Positions 53,799-64,000 of a DNA stretch of 64,000 nt are shown in pieces. Made by a program: the position numbers and the translations under genes. Every line of letters starts with the position of its first letter. The stretch's first letter is position 1. The stretch lies in NCBI RefSeq assembly GCF_053078305.1, contig NZ_CP166879.1; one strand, 5' to 3'. Below the pieces are notes generated by a model that saw only the letters and a program-made list of their open reading frames with translations, had not been told where the DNA came from and made no database searches.

Positions 53799-55320
53799 TG
53801 CTATGGCACTTACCATGGTACAAAAAGTCATGTCGGAGAATGCCGAAAAAGAGCGGGAATTACTGGAGAAAAGCCGGCGCATCCAGCTTCTGGAAGAAAT
53901 GCTGAAACTGGTTCGTCAACAGCGCTTCGGTAAAAAATGTGAAACGCTGGCTGGTATGCAACGCTCCCTGTTCGAAGAGGATGTTGATGTCGATATCGCC
54001 GCGCTTACCGCACATCTGGATAAACTGCTCCCGCAATCCCCTGAAGAAGACGAAAAAGCGTCCCGTTCACGCCCGATACGCAAACCCTTACCGGCTCATC
54101 TTCCACGGGTGGAAAAAATTATCCAGCCGGACACTGACCATTGCCCTGAATGTGACGAGCCGCTGCACTATATCCGTGATGCGGTGAGTGAAAAGCTGGA
54201 GTATATTCCCGTTCACTTCGTGGTGAACCGTTATGTCCGTCCGCAATACAGTTGTCCCTGTTGCCAGAAGGTGTTCAGCGGTGAAATGCCGGCACATATC
54301 CTCCCGAAAAGTGCCGTTGAGCCATCAGTCATCGCACAGGTGATCATCAATAAATACGGTGACCACCTGCCTCTGTATCGCCAGCAGCACATTTTCTCCC
54401 GAATGGGGGTGGAGCTCCCCGTCAGTACAATGGCGGATAGGGTCGGTGTTGCTGGCGCTGCACTGGCCCCGCTGGCAAAATTGTTACGCCACGAGCTTCT
54501 GACACGGGATGTTATTCATGCCGATGAAACGTCCCTGAGGCTCCCTGATACCCGGAAAGGCGGTAAATCCTGCTCCGGCTGGCTGTGGGCTTACGTCAGC
54601 GGAGAAAGAAGCAGTCCGCCGGTCGTCTGTTTTGACTCGCAGACCGGACGGGCCCTCAGATATCCTGAGGCCTGGCTGCAGGGCTGGTGTGGCGGTACGC
54701 TGGTGAGTGACGGATACAGCGTGTACAAATCTCTGGCGGATAATGACCCCGGTATTACATCTGCCTGTTGCTGGAGCCACGCAAGGCGCGGTTTCGCAAA
54801 TCTGTATAAGGCCAGCAGGGAGCCCCGTGCAGCCATGGCGCTGAGAAAAATCGCGGGTCTTTATCGCATTGAGAAGTTCATCCGTGAACGTCCTGTGGAA
54901 AAAATACGGCAATGGCGACAACGGTATTCCCGGCCGATAGTGAATGACCTGTTTGCCTGGCCTGAAGAGCAGGAGCCGTGCTGTCCGCCCGACGGACCAC
55001 TAAACAAAGCGATTAATTATATCCTGAACCGGCGCGATGAACTGAGCTGCTTCCTGAGTGACGGAGCCGTGCCCCTGGACAACAATATCTGCGAGCGTGC
55101 TATCCGCCCGGTCGTTATGGGACGAAAGGCCTGGTTGTTCGCCGGTTCACTGATGGCCGGAAACCGCGCGGCACAGATAATGAGCCTTCTGGAAACGGCA
55201 AAACGTAATGGTCTGGAGCCACATGCCTGGCTGACAGACGTCCTGGCGCGTCTGCCGGAATGGCCAGAGGAGCGACTGGCAGAGTTGCTGCCTCTTGAGG
55301 GATTTACCTTCTCCGGGTGA
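53799..55320 (+). pseudogene. IS66-family tnpC of outer element, 3' part
   Basis: ORF 53737-55320 in frame with 51175-51265 across the nested insertion; CPECDEP zinc-finger-like motif and DDE region. Confidence 0.75.
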
Positions 55321-55921
55321 GTGATACCTGCCGTCAGGTGTTCGTGCACCGGGCCATAACCTGCAGTCGGGAGTTGAACTCCTGACGACAGGAAATGAGC
55401 CAGACCAGCAACCACACGGGCTGACAGCGAATAAGAACCTGAATCAGCCCGGAGTCATTCCCGGGTCAGTACATCATCACCTGCCATTAATCCCCGAGTC
55501 AGTACTTCGCGGCCTGACGCGATCACCCTACTCAGTACTTCAGAGCCCGCCTCCGGTACCTGCCTGGCGATCGCCCCTGTGCAACAAAATAAATCAACCG
55601 TTATCAGACCACGATCGTTCGTATGCGCCGCCGATGACGCGCGCCTGAAAAACGCGTCAATATGAGTTCCCCGGAAGCTTACGGAAAAGTTGAAGATCAT
55701 GCTGTTTATTTTCATCTGTATTGTCACCAGTCAGCATATGCCCCGGTCCCCGATTAGGTTGCGTGTTTTCATGGAAGGAGAGCGCCCAATAACCTCTATT
55801 GAGATTGGAGTTACTCACCGATCACTTCCACAGTAATACGCACATTACCATCATTCCTGATGGCATTGACCAGGAACATAACTACCAATAAAAATTCCCC
55901 AAAGTTGAAGTTACCGTAAGC

Positions 55922-56197
55922 CTATTTTTTATCTTCTTTTCTTTCTTGTAACTTTGCTTTTATCCAAATACCAATCCCTGCTAACATACCAGCCCCTCCC
56001 CCCACCTTTAAAGAATAAATAATATCTGCCCTCCAATCAAAAAATAAAACTTGAGTTTTAGAAAAAACTATCAGTCTACCAAGAATAGTACCTAACATTG
56101 CCATAAAAAAGATGCAAGCTATGCAGCGCATTATTAGTATGATAAGAATGTAAAAGTTGACACTCTTATTTATTTTTAATGGATTTATCAGCTTCAT
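55922..56197 (-). CDS. cdiI: Putative CdiI immunity protein (small polytopic membrane protein)
   Basis: 91-aa hydrophobic ORF immediately downstream of and overlapping the cdiA 3' end; start may be an internal Met. Confidence 0.6.
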   Translation of the reverse strand: MKLINPLKINKSVNFYILIILIMRCIACIFFMAMLGTILGRLIVFSKTQVLFFDWRADIIYSLKVGGGAGMLAGIGIWIKAKLQERKEDKK

Positions 56198-59100
56198 CTA
56201 GTGTTCCTTTTGTTACATTCCCGATAGCTTCACCAGTAATTGTTCCCCCAATATTACCAATAATATCAGATGTTCCCTCTTTGACAGTAGAGCCCATTGA
56301 CCCCGAGATGACTTTCCCTATACCGCCACCAAATACTGAACCTAATCCTGTCCCAATAACTGAATTTGTCGGATCCTCGCCTTTAATACTACTACCAATT
56401 GCCGCGCCGCTCATGTTGATAGGAGTTGAGACGATGATGCCTTTACCGGTTGTAGCTGCAGCTGTCACCCCAGCCATTATCGCATCCACATAACTGAAAG
56501 GACCTTTTCCAGCAAGCTGAGCAGCTGAGTTTACGCTGATACCAATTGCTGCATTAGTCGCCATACCTTTCACTGTTAACCCCAGTACGCTTCCTCCAAA
56601 CAACAAAGGAGCATCACCAATACTTGCATTAGATTTATGATACCCCCAGGTATTCATAATGCTTTGAGCCTTTGCCATTGCTTCAGTATCAGGGTTACGT
56701 TTTATATAGTCCTGTCCTGACAGTAACCCGGTAACAAGCTCCTGTGCCACCGCTGTACCGTACTCCTTTTCCATTTCTGAAGCATATACACGCAAGTAAG
56801 CTGCCAGTTCAGCACGTTCTGCGCTGTTTAATTGTGAAGGATCTTTATTAAATTTGGATACCAGAGCATCACTACGTTTATCTGCATTTTCCAGCTTAAT
56901 CAGCTCATTAGCAGTGGCTAATGTCTTATCGCCGTTCCTGATTTTCTCAATGGCTTTATCCAGTTTGTCAGAAGATGTCGCTCCCAGAAAGTTATTCTCA
57001 ACAGTCGTCTTACCTGACTGTGCGCCGGCTACCGCTGAAGCCCCCGAGTTGCCCACCAGACCACCGGCCAGGCCGGCAGCAACCGTTGCCAGTGTCGAGA
57101 CCGTCTGCTTCTCTGTCTCGCTCAGTTCACTCACCGGCTTACCGTACATCTGTGTGGCTATCATTCCCACCACCTCGCCGGTGGCAGCCCCTGCGGCACC
57201 GGCAAGGGCATTATTTCCCTGTGCCACCGCCAGCGCGGCATTCACAACCGCATGGGCGGCCACACGCCCCGCACCGTCCGGGGTGTTATTTTTGATTATT
57301 TCTGCAATGTACGGCGCAGCACCACCTGCCAGGGCTGCACTCAGATTACCACCGGCCAGTCCCTGTACCGCTGCCGTTGCAGCCTGTATCGCCTGCTGGT
57401 ATTTGCCTCCCGTTCCAAAACCGGAGGCTGCCATACCGTTATTGTAGGCCCGCTGTGCCACATCCTGTTCCGTGAACGGTTTTCCTGCTGCCTCAAGCTC
57501 CGCACGGGCCTGATTCAGTGCTGCCGGGTCCCGCTTCGCTTTCTCACCGGCTATCTGTCCTTCCGTTCTGGCAATATCTGCCACCTGGTTACCAATCTCA
57601 CCAATGAGTTGCGCCTGCTGCAGTCGCTGCTGCTCTTTTTCCCTGTCAAAGATGGGGGACAGCGTCTGATTTGCATGTGCTGCGTCACGGTTCAGGTCTG
57701 CCACATCCTGTTTCTGGCTCTGCGTATCCCGGATGGTGATATTCCCGGCAGACACTGCCGACTGCGTGGTACTGTCCGCATGGCCTTCATGATTTGCACC
57801 GACCAGCAGATTGTTTGCCATGTTCCCCAGGAAATTTCCAGCAACACTGCCACCGGTACTGAGCCCTGTACTCTGATGTTCCGTTTTAAAGTCGGCCCGG
57901 TTTTCAATGTCACTGAAGCCCAGTGTGCCGGTATCCAGCCTGTTTTTATCTGCCGTTGCCGTGGACGCAATCACCGCACCGTTCAGTTGCGTATGCTGTC
58001 CGGTGGTGACATCAAACCCGCCCCTGCCGGCAAAAATCCCCGTCTGCTCCTGTACACTGTCGTAGTTACTGTGCATTTTATCCCGGCTGAGGTTCACACT
58101 CGCCGAACCGCTCATGGACCCGAAAATGAAGCTGCCTCCGGCGCTGGCATTCTGCTGCTTACTGTCATAACGGTCACTGTCCTGCTCACTGGTCAGTGTC
58201 AGATGACGACCGGCATCCACTTTCACCGTTTCACCGCCAGCCTGCGCGCCGGTAAGCGTGGTGTCCCGCCCGCTGATAATGGTCAGCCGGTTTCCCGCAT
58301 CCACCGTGGTTTCTGTATGGGTGGTACCGTTGCCTTTTTCACTGCCCTTACCCTGGTTTGCGCTGGCTGAAACACTGATACCCCAGCCTCCGGAGCCCAC
58401 ACCAACACCGACACCCACGCTGCCACCACTGGATGTGTTCTTTCCTTCCAGCTTTGACGTGTTTTCTGCTGATACCAGATTCACGTCACGGTTTGCCTGC
58501 AGCAGAACGTTGTTCCCGGCCTTTATCTGACTGCCCTGTATCGTCAGGTCACCATCCACGCCCTTCACGCCGGAGCCGGTGGCCTGAATACTGAGGTTAT
58601 TACCTGCGGTCAGTGTACTGCCCTTCGCCACCGTCTGCTCTGACTGCTGTTCTGATTTCGAAGACTGGCTGCCGTAAGAGAGGCTGATGCCCACCGTGTT
58701 ATTATTTCCGGCATCGGCTCCCTGCGCGTCTGCCAGTCGTCCGGCCTGCACGGCCTGAGCCCCCGAGAGCGCGGCCTTCACCCCCTGCAGGGCTTCAAGC
58801 CGGCTGTTTCCGGCAGATTTCGCCGCCTGTACGGTCTCCACCGTCGTATTCAGGGCGCTGCCCGCTGTGCCGGACAGGGCAAGCGTCAGACCGGAGGTTT
58901 TCTGCTCCACCGTATGTGTCTGTACATGCTGGTCTGTGGCGGCGGTAATGCTGACCTCCTTACCGCTGAGTGCCATGTCCCTGCCGGCAATCAGGTCAGA
59001 GCCGTTGACGGTCAACCGGTTACCTGCCTGAAGGGAAACATCACCGTGAACACTCCCCACCGTGCTGCCTTTCTGTGTGGTGTCTGTTGCGGTGTCCGTG

Positions 59101-62100
59101 ACTTTCAGACTCTGGCTGCCCATGCTGAATCCCACACCTCCGGAGCTCATCAGCCCAGATTTTTTCTCCTGTTTCAGGTGTGTTTCACGGTTGCTTTCTG
59201 TCAGCGTGCCGATACTCAGGTCATTTCCGGCAGCCAGGGAGACACGGTTATCCCCGGCCACACTGCTGCCCGTGACGTTCAGATTATGTCCGGCACTGAT
59301 ACTGACCGTATCCCCGTTCAGTTCACTGCCCGTCATGGTCCGGCGGTCAGTGACATCATGCGTGGTTGTGGTGGTTTTCGATAACATCCCGCTGCTGCCG
59401 GTCACTTTATGGTATTCATCCAGCGAGCGGGTATTCTGTGCACCGGTCAGCGTCACGTCATGACCTGCCATCAGGGCCAGGCCTTTCTGAGCTGACAGCG
59501 ATGCCGCCTGTGACGTCATATCCCGTCCGGCGGTCAGCGTGACATCACCGTTACCGGCAAGCGTGCTGCCCGTACTCTGTGTGACGCCCTGCGACAGACG
59601 ATTATTTTTATCCCAGATAATATTGTCCTGCGCGGAAGTGGTCACAGTGGAAAGCGTCATATCCCTGCCCGCACTGAGTTGCGTCAGGCTGTCCTTACCC
59701 TGATTCACCACCGTTGCAGCCGTCAGATTCATATCCCGTCCGGCCTGCAGCACCAGTCTTCCCTGGTCGTTCTGCACATACACGCCGGCCACACTGTCGA
59801 TACTGGTACGTTCAAAATGGTTCTGTCCGGCGTCGCGCTGTGCCGTACGGGTGGTGGTGGTCAGACTGATATCCCGTCCGGCCATCGCCAGCAGGCTGTC
59901 CGTGGCCTGCAGCAGCCCGCCGGTACTGTTAATATCCGTCCGGGCCGTCAGGCTGACATTTGCTCCCTGAATGGAGCCGGCCTGGTTGTGAATGTTTTCT
60001 GCACTGAGCTGCACGGTCTGCTTCCCGGCCAGTTTACCGCTGTTAAACAGGTCACCATCCAGCTTCATCACCATGTCCCTGCCGGCAATCAGCGCACCGG
60101 CGCTGTTCACATCACCGGGTTTTACACGGGCATACACCTGAGGTACCTGAACCGTCTGCGTGCTGCCGTCCGGCAGTGTCACCGTGGTGTTAACCAGCCA
60201 GACAATATCACCGGTCAGTAACGCCATCTGCTCAGCAGTCAGCGCCACACCTGGTGTCAGGTTGTATTGCTTACCAAATGCAATACCCGCATCCATTAAC
60301 GCCTTAAACTGCTCTTCATCATTACTGTATCCGTCCAGGTACCGTTGCCCGGTCAGAGCGACAACCTGCTCACGAATCAGACGCTGTTCGTAAAAACCAT
60401 CCCCCAGGCGTTTGAGCATGTTATCCCCGTTCTGAGAAAACGCCTTCTGCATGTAATCACTGCCCAGCCACGTCTTCTGGTTCGTAAAACGCGGGTCCGT
60501 TTCAACCAGATATGGCACATTCACTGCCGGGTTTGTTTTAAACAGGCTGCTGTCCGGCAGACGGGTATCCGGCCCGGCAACATGGATACTGCCCTGAGGT
60601 GCGCTGACTTCAAACTGCTGCCCCGGCAACAGAATGACCGGTTCACCGGCAGACACCACCGGGCGAAGCGGTATCCGGTCAGTAGCGGCTACTGCCGCAT
60701 CCACATTTCCGGCCTGTCCTGTCTGTACATCCGTTCCCTGTGGCTTCAGAGGAGAAAGCGTGACCTGGCTGCCCTGAATCTGTCCGTGGCTGGTGAGCTC
60801 TCCCGGCTTCAGCGTAATGCTCTGAATTACAGTGGGCGGAGTGTACTGAGAGGTTTTCTCCCCCTGCTTATCCTTTCCTTTTTTCCTGATACGGTAATAA
60901 TACGTGGATGTTCCTGAGTCCGTAACATGCCGCTCGCCACTGACACTGACATTTTCCACGCTTCCTGACGGAATGGTCAGCAGGCCGCCTGCAACAACCT
61001 GACTCTTATCATTAAGCAGTTTGTCTGCCACAATCGTCATGCCGGCACCGGACAGAATTTTTCCCGGGTCGGAGTCTTTTACCCGGGTTTCTTCCACGGT
61101 ACGGGTGTAATCATACTGCGTGAATTTATCTCTGGCGCCTTCCGGTGTATGCAGTTTTTTCAGTGAGTTACTGGAATCGTTATCCACATAAACGCCCGGT
61201 TCACCGGCGCTCCAGCGTTTATCTGAGCCGCTGAGCTGATACTCAGTCACCTTTTCCGTGGAAACCACCACGCGCTCCGTGGTGAAATGGTCATTGACGT
61301 TATTGATTTGTCCGGCACTCAGTACCAGATATCCGGCGGCTTCAATAGTGGCACTGTGATTATTCAGTACACCGGCTTTCCCCGTGGCGGCACCATTCGC
61401 ATCCAGCATGCCACCAGTATGCATATCACCTGCACTGTAAATCAGGCTGTGCGTCCGGTTATTCAGGGTCTGTACCCCTAAGTCCACACGCTCACGCCCG
61501 GCCAGCGTCGCCGCCACGCCATTTTCTTCCAGATTATTAAATGTGGCAGCGCTGACACCAACAGCATCGCCGTAGATTCGCCCGGTACCGGAATTCGTCA
61601 GGGTGTTCGCCTGAAGATGCGTATATTTCCCGTCAATCAGCCCACGGTTCAGCAGTGTGTCCGTCACGTTAAGCCAGGTCTGCCCGGCACTGATTTCACC
61701 TTTCTCTGTGTTTTCAAGGCGGATGCTGTTCAGGTCAAGCCGGCTGCCTGCCAGCAGGCTGCCGGTATTAGAGACATCGCCATTAACGGAAAGCGTAAGG
61801 TTTCCGTTCGCAATAGTCTGACCACTGTTGCTGAACGTTGTGTTACTTTTCAGCGTCATATCGCCCAGCGAAAGCAGTTTCCCGTCACCACCGAGCTGAC
61901 CGGCATCCACAGATACTGACTGCCCGGCCTTAACCACGCCGTCACGGTTCGAAAACGCCAGCTGACGGCCACTGACAGACAATGTCGCGCCGGAAGAGAG
62001 GACGCCGTCATTATTACTGAGCGTCCTGTCTGCCATAACCGTAAGCGCCCTGTCTGCCAGAATACTGCCCTCCTGGTTATCAAGGTCCTGCGTCGTGATG

Positions 62101-64000
62101 TGTATTGTCTGCGCTTCCAGCCCCTGACCGGTATTCTGCGTGTGGCGATTGATAAACTGCAGGGCGTTCAGCGTAATGGCGGAACCACTGCGAATCAGAC
62201 CAGAGACGTTGTCCACAACGCCCCGTACACTGTTGAGCAACATGTCGCCCACAGACTGTATTTGTCCGTGGCTGTTCTGCAGACCTCCCGTATGCAGACG
62301 GAGTTCACCTTCACTGACCAGCCGGCCCCCCTCACGGTTATCCAGCGAGGTGGTGCTCAGGTCAGCTGTCGTTTTCGCCCCCACGGTCCCGCCCCGGTTA
62401 TCCATTGCTCCGGTACTGACAGTCAGTTCCTGCAGGCTGTTCAGCGTACCGCGTCTGTTATCCAGCGTCTGGCCTGCGGTATTAATGCTGATACCCCTCC
62501 CCTGAATAAGACCGGACTGATTGTTCAGCGCCTGGCTGTTCCAGCCGAGCAGACCGTTTGCCACCATCTGACCGGATGTATTGTTAACCACGCCTGCAGT
62601 CAGGGACAGAGCATCTCCCGACAAAAGCACACCGGCAGTGCTGTCCAGTGTGCCGGCATTCAGCGTCATCGGACCCTGACTGATAACCCCGCCCCGGTCA
62701 CCACTATTACGGTTACTCAGTGTGTCAGCACGGAGATTCAGCGATGCACCGCTCTGTATCAGGCCGCCGGCATCGTTGATGATATCCGTCGAGGAAAGTG
62801 TCAGTGACTGCTGTGCCACCAGTCTGCCGCCCTGATTATCAAACCGTGTGACATCCAGCCTGCTGTTACCGTTGCTGACCACCGTCCCCTGCTGATTTTC
62901 CAGCACACTCAGGTGCGTATTCAGGTCCCCGCCGGCGGCAAGCGCCCCTTCCTGATTACTGACATCACCACCACTCAGCAACATATCCGTCCCGGCCTTC
63001 AGTGCGCCTTTCTGGTTCATCAGCGTACCTGACGATATCTGTAATGACGTCTGACTCCCCAGCACGCCCTGACGGTTATCGAGCGTTCCGGCGTTCAGGG
63101 TCATATCCTTCTGACCCGCCATAAATCCCTGCTGGTTATTCAGCATACCGGCCCGCACTGTCAGGGTACCGGCGCTGCTGATACCACCCCGTGTTTTCGT
63201 GTTCCGGTTACTGAGTACCCCGTCCTGTACATCCAGCGTCATGTCACTGCCGGACTGAATCAGACCATCATCAGAGACCAGTTCGCTGCCTGACACAGAC
63301 AGCGTTTTCTGTGAAAGCAGTCTGCCGGACGTATTATCCAGCGCACCATCCAGCGTCACAGACAGCCCGTCAGCCACCACCGTACCCTGGTGGTTATTCA
63401 GATTCCCTGCCGAAATATCCAGCCTGCCGGCGGACTCCATTCGTCCCTCAGTATTGCTGACAGCCTGCTGTGTTTTTATCCTGCCCGTTCCGGCAGCAGC
63501 TGAAATCAGTCCGTTGTCGTTATTCAGCGCCTGTGTATTAATCAGGATGTCACGGCTGGCAAGCAGACGTCCCTGCTGGTTATCCACGGCGCCGGTTGTC
63601 CTCACCTGCAGACTGCCTGACTGCGCCGCCTGCACTTTCCCCCTGCGATTATCAAGGCTCAGTGCATCCAGACGCACCGCGCCATTTGCCGCAAACAGCC
63701 CTTCCCGGTTATCCACGCTTCCCGGCAGACTCAGCGAAAAATCCCCTGTTCCCGTCTGAGTCAGACTGCCTTTACGATTTGACAGGCTTTGTGCCGATAT
63801 CTGCAGTGTGTCGGCATTTATCGTGCCACCATTATTGCTGAAGTGCCCGACAGTCCGGGCGGAAAGCGTACCGGCACTCAGTTGCGCATTCTGTGTGGAC
63901 AGATTTCCACTGGTTGCATCCAGCTCAGTATGTTGTCCCTGTATCCGGCTGTTGCTTAAATCCAGCCCCTGCCCCTTCAGTTGCATGTCCCCACCGGACA
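56166..64000 (-). CDS. cdiA: CdiA contact-dependent inhibition exoprotein (two-partner secretion), 5'-partial; N-terminus lies beyond window end
   Basis: 2606+ aa ORF with filamentous-haemagglutinin-type repeats, VENN motif about 274 residues from the C-terminus, Gly-rich C-terminal toxin domain. Confidence 0.88.
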   Translation of the reverse strand, partial: SGGDMQLKGQGLDLSNSRIQGQHTELDATSGNLSTQNAQLSAGTLSARTVGHFSNNGGTINADTLQISAQSLSNRKGSLTQTGTGDFSLSLPGSVDNREGLFAANGAVRLDALSLDNRRGKVQAAQSGSLQVRTTGAVDNQQGRLLASRDILINTQALNNDNGLISAAAGTGRIKTQQAVSNTEGRMESAGRLDISAGNLNNHQGTVVADGLSVTLDGALDNTSGRLLSQKTLSVSGSELVSDDGLIQSGSDMTLDVQDGVLSNRNTKTRGGISSAGTLTVRAGMLNNQQGFMAGQKDMTLNAGTLDNRQGVLGSQTSLQISSGTLMNQKGALKAGTDMLLSGGDVSNQEGALAAGGDLNTHLSVLENQQGTVVSNGNSRLDVTRFDNQGGRLVAQQSLTLSSTDIINDAGGLIQSGASLNLRADTLSNRNSGDRGGVISQGPMTLNAGTLDSTAGVLLSGDALSLTAGVVNNTSGQMVANGLLGWNSQALNNQSGLIQGRGISINTAGQTLDNRRGTLNSLQELTVSTGAMDNRGGTVGAKTTADLSTTSLDNREGGRLVSEGELRLHTGGLQNSHGQIQSVGDMLLNSVRGVVDNVSGLIRSGSAITLNALQFINRHTQNTGQGLEAQTIHITTQDLDNQEGSILADRALTVMADRTLSNNDGVLSSGATLSVSGRQLAFSNRDGVVKAGQSVSVDAGQLGGDGKLLSLGDMTLKSNTTFSNSGQTIANGNLTLSVNGDVSNTGSLLAGSRLDLNSIRLENTEKGEISAGQTWLNVTDTLLNRGLIDGKYTHLQANTLTNSGTGRIYGDAVGVSAATFNNLEENGVAATLAGRERVDLGVQTLNNRTHSLIYSAGDMHTGGMLDANGAATGKAGVLNNHSATIEAAGYLVLSAGQINNVNDHFTTERVVVSTEKVTEYQLSGSDKRWSAGEPGVYVDNDSSNSLKKLHTPEGARDKFTQYDYTRTVEETRVKDSDPGKILSGAGMTIVADKLLNDKSQVVAGGLLTIPSGSVENVSVSGERHVTDSGTSTYYYRIRKKGKDKQGEKTSQYTPPTVIQSITLKPGELTSHGQIQGSQVTLSPLKPQGTDVQTGQAGNVDAAVAATDRIPLRPVVSAGEPVILLPGQQFEVSAPQGSIHVAGPDTRLPDSSLFKTNPAVNVPYLVETDPRFTNQKTWLGSDYMQKAFSQNGDNMLKRLGDGFYEQRLIREQVVALTGQRYLDGYSNDEEQFKALMDAGIAFGKQYNLTPGVALTAEQMALLTGDIVWLVNTTVTLPDGSTQTVQVPQVYARVKPGDVNSAGALIAGRDMVMKLDGDLFNSGKLAGKQTVQLSAENIHNQAGSIQGANVSLTARTDINSTGGLLQATDSLLAMAGRDISLTTTTRTAQRDAGQNHFERTSIDSVAGVYVQNDQGRLVLQAGRDMNLTAATVVNQGKDSLTQLSAGRDMTLSTVTTSAQDNIIWDKNNRLSQGVTQSTGSTLAGNGDVTLTAGRDMTSQAASLSAQKGLALMAGHDVTLTGAQNTRSLDEYHKVTGSSGMLSKTTTTTHDVTDRRTMTGSELNGDTVSISAGHNLNVTGSSVAGDNRVSLAAGNDLSIGTLTESNRETHLKQEKKSGLMSSGGVGFSMGSQSLKVTDTATDTTQKGSTVGSVHGDVSLQAGNRLTVNGSDLIAGRDMALSGKEVSITAATDQHVQTHTVEQKTSGLTLALSGTAGSALNTTVETVQAAKSAGNSRLEALQGVKAALSGAQAVQAGRLADAQGADAGNNNTVGISLSYGSQSSKSEQQSEQTVAKGSTLTAGNNLSIQATGSGVKGVDGDLTIQGSQIKAGNNVLLQANRDVNLVSAENTSKLEGKNTSSGGSVGVGVGVGSGGWGISVSASANQGKGSEKGNGTTHTETTVDAGNRLTIISGRDTTLTGAQAGGETVKVDAGRHLTLTSEQDSDRYDSKQQNASAGGSFIFGSMSGSASVNLSRDKMHSNYDSVQEQTGIFAGRGGFDVTTGQHTQLNGAVIASTATADKNRLDTGTLGFSDIENRADFKTEHQSTGLSTGGSVAGNFLGNMANNLLVGANHEGHADSTTQSAVSAGNITIRDTQSQKQDVADLNRDAAHANQTLSPIFDREKEQQRLQQAQLIGEIGNQVADIARTEGQIAGEKAKRDPAALNQARAELEAAGKPFTEQDVAQRAYNNGMAASGFGTGGKYQQAIQAATAAVQGLAGGNLSAALAGGAAPYIAEIIKNNTPDGAGRVAAHAVVNAALAVAQGNNALAGAAGAATGEVVGMIATQMYGKPVSELSETEKQTVSTLATVAAGLAGGLVGNSGASAVAGAQSGKTTVENNFLGATSSDKLDKAIEKIRNGDKTLATANELIKLENADKRSDALVSKFNKDPSQLNSAERAELAAYLRVYASEMEKEYGTAVAQELVTGLLSGQDYIKRNPDTEAMAKAQSIMNTWGYHKSNASIGDAPLLFGGSVLGLTVKGMATNAAIGISVNSAAQLAGKGPFSYVDAIMAGVTAAATTGKGIIVSTPINMSGAAIGSSIKGEDPTNSVIGTGLGSVFGGGIGKVISGSMGSTVKEGTSDIIGNIGGTITGEAIGNVTKGTLDEADKSIKNK

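Noticed and set aside
56179-63841. Many plus-strand ORFs, including a 372-aa one at 57252-58370, inside cdiA
   Set aside because: Antisense/alternate frames of a GC-rich repetitive gene; Cys/Arg/Pro-rich translations with no domain signal; cdiA itself is continuous over the region.

Overview
Escherichia/Shigella-type chromosomal window in two parts. Positions 1-18.26 kb are conserved core genome in reverse K-12 order: ytfJ, ytfI, cysQ, cpdB, ytfH, qorB, ytfF, ytfE, cycA, fklB, ytfB, an IS200/IS605-family insertion (tnpA/tnpB), yjfZ, the rplI-rpsR-priB-rpsF operon, yjfY, ulaF and a 5'-truncated ulaE. From about 18.26 kb to the window end is a mosaic, IS-riddled horizontally acquired island: P4-type integrase; a uhpABC-like three-component sensor fused in one operon with an afuABC sugar-phosphate/iron-type ABC transporter; a ~5 kb AT-rich degraded segment with transposase pseudogenes and an 8-bp tandem repeat; an Iha-like TonB-dependent receptor; IS600; an lctP-lutABC lactate-utilisation cluster; an internally deleted IS629; nested IS66-family elements; and cdiI plus the 3' 7.8 kb of a cdiA gene running off the window. 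The most interesting locus is a translationally coupled two-gene module (42753-49258, minus strand): a 1652-aa NERD / tandem kinase-like / SF1-helicase protein plus a 515-aa protein with no recognisable family, flanked by IS and integrase debris. I propose it as a candidate undescribed anti-phage defence system. All calls are from reading the sequence and ORF track; no database search was run.
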